Assembly: GCA_051652765.1 (NCBI GenBank)
Contig: JBOFUV010000118.1
Coordinates: forward strand, 1 to 64,000
Length of the DNA: 64,000 nt
Direction: 5' to 3'
Source of the DNA: Microcoleaceae cyanobacterium
GTDB lineage: Bacteria; Cyanobacteriota; Cyanobacteriia; Cyanobacteriales; Microcoleaceae
Shown here piece after piece: positions 62,938 through 64,000 of this stretch. Position 1 is the stretch's first letter. Every line of letters starts with the position of its first letter. A model generated the notes under the pieces. That model saw nothing but the letters and a program-made list of their open reading frames with translations, searched no databases and was not told the DNA's origin. The translations under genes and the position numbers were made by a program.

Positions 62938-64000
62938 GATCGTCCGCACGGGTTCTCAAGGCAATTCAAGGGATTGGCCAAGAACAGGGGGAGTCCAAGT
63001 CCATCCCGAGTATCAAAAAGCACTGAAATAGGTCTGGGTCAACTTAGTCCTTTAGTCTTCTGAACAAACCTTACTTTTAATTTCTATTCTCTTGTTTTGG
63101 CTATTTAGATATTAGTCAATGTCAAAGAAATCTAACTACAGTCAAAACTGCCCTGAGTTTTTCACATTCAGACATTTATATTCAGAAACTCACACTTGAA
63201 AATTCACGTTTAAAAGCCAGGTTAAGCTCTGTTGAGCATGTGTCAGTTTTTTAGGTGTCACATATTGTTGATGAGTCCTAAAGATTCTTGGCTAAGAAAC
63301 TGTTGAAAATTGTTGAAGAGTCAGGGTATCAATAGCTCTAACCAGAGCATCATTTAAATCTGAAGACTGAGACCTTACACAAAGCTCTACAGGAGAATCT
63401 CATTAATCTTCTCGATTTTTATAGAATTAGCTTGCAAAAAACATAGGTCATCGAATATACTCGTACTTACCTTGCTCGGATTGTTACTTTACTAGCTATT
63501 ATTTCGTAAGGGTTCCCATCTTTTCTATCAGCAGTGCTTTTTGTTTTAAATGTACTGTTGCGTATCCCTTTCTGATTCCTTGCGAGTTAGGTAAGTAGAG
63601 CTAGAGCTGGTTCAGTAATGGAGCTGTAGAGTGAGGAAAACTGTTGCTGAAGCGATTATGAGGTATCCGTATGGTTATTCTAGTTGAGCGGTTGCAGTGA
63701 AAGGTTTGATTTGAATTGAGGTAAGACGTTTTACCTACGGGTGAGGCAGGGGGTTATGTGGTGCTTCATAAGTATTAGGTTTGTACCATCAAGTTGTGCA
63801 TCGGTGTATGAAAGATATGAGTTTTTATGCGTTTTCTATTGAGTTACTGAGAGAACTTTGCTCAAGATCTTCTAGCTTTGCTTTGAAGATCTTGTCAGGT
63901 TTAACTGTGGTTTGTGGTTCTTGGCCATCAGGGCTCAGTGGACTGGATATAGAAGTTGCTGTGGAGGTCTCTTCAGGCTCCTAGTTTTTCTGTCTAATGT

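Noticed and set aside
63510..63575. psbM-like peptide (GFPSFLSAVLFVL) downstream of the ferredoxin
   Set aside because: Preceded by an in-frame stop, no start codon, and the PsbM VPTVFLLILY motif is absent

Overview
A 64-kb stretch of core chromosome from a cyanobacterium, probably a filamentous Oscillatoriales-type strain (inferred from about 40 GCGATCGC/HIP1 sites counted by eye and from nblA, ndhO, cyAbrB, crtP-crtB and dnaK3-dnaJ). Most of it is housekeeping: rpiA, cobU, deoC, recO, mdh, ssrA (tmRNA), rqcH/NFACT, icd, dxr, anmK, larB, iscS, nfuA and a 2Fe-2S ferredoxin. I saw no CRISPR array, rRNA, complete tRNA, transposase or integrase. The most unusual structure is at 52403-53490, where the first ~200 bp of a GT2 glycosyltransferase gene is duplicated as a 207-bp direct repeat (2 mismatches). 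The repeats bracket a two-gene, toxin-antitoxin-like cassette (PBECR/DUF4258-like plus DUF2283-like) with no recombinase nearby. Other notable items are tmRNA directly upstream of rqcH, a CADD-type putative self-sacrificing pABA synthase, a cytochrome b6 paralog missing one heme-ligand His, an orphan DNA methyltransferase with an NFPW motif, a lone YegI/TerY-type kinase with a Gly-rich membrane tail, and a degenerate M48 protease. Regulatory and repeat elements include an NtcA promoter at nblA, an HLR1 (RpaB) site at crtP, a MITE-like element, REP-like hairpins and many 12-16 bp micro-duplications. All family assignments come from recognising motifs by eye; no database searches were run.
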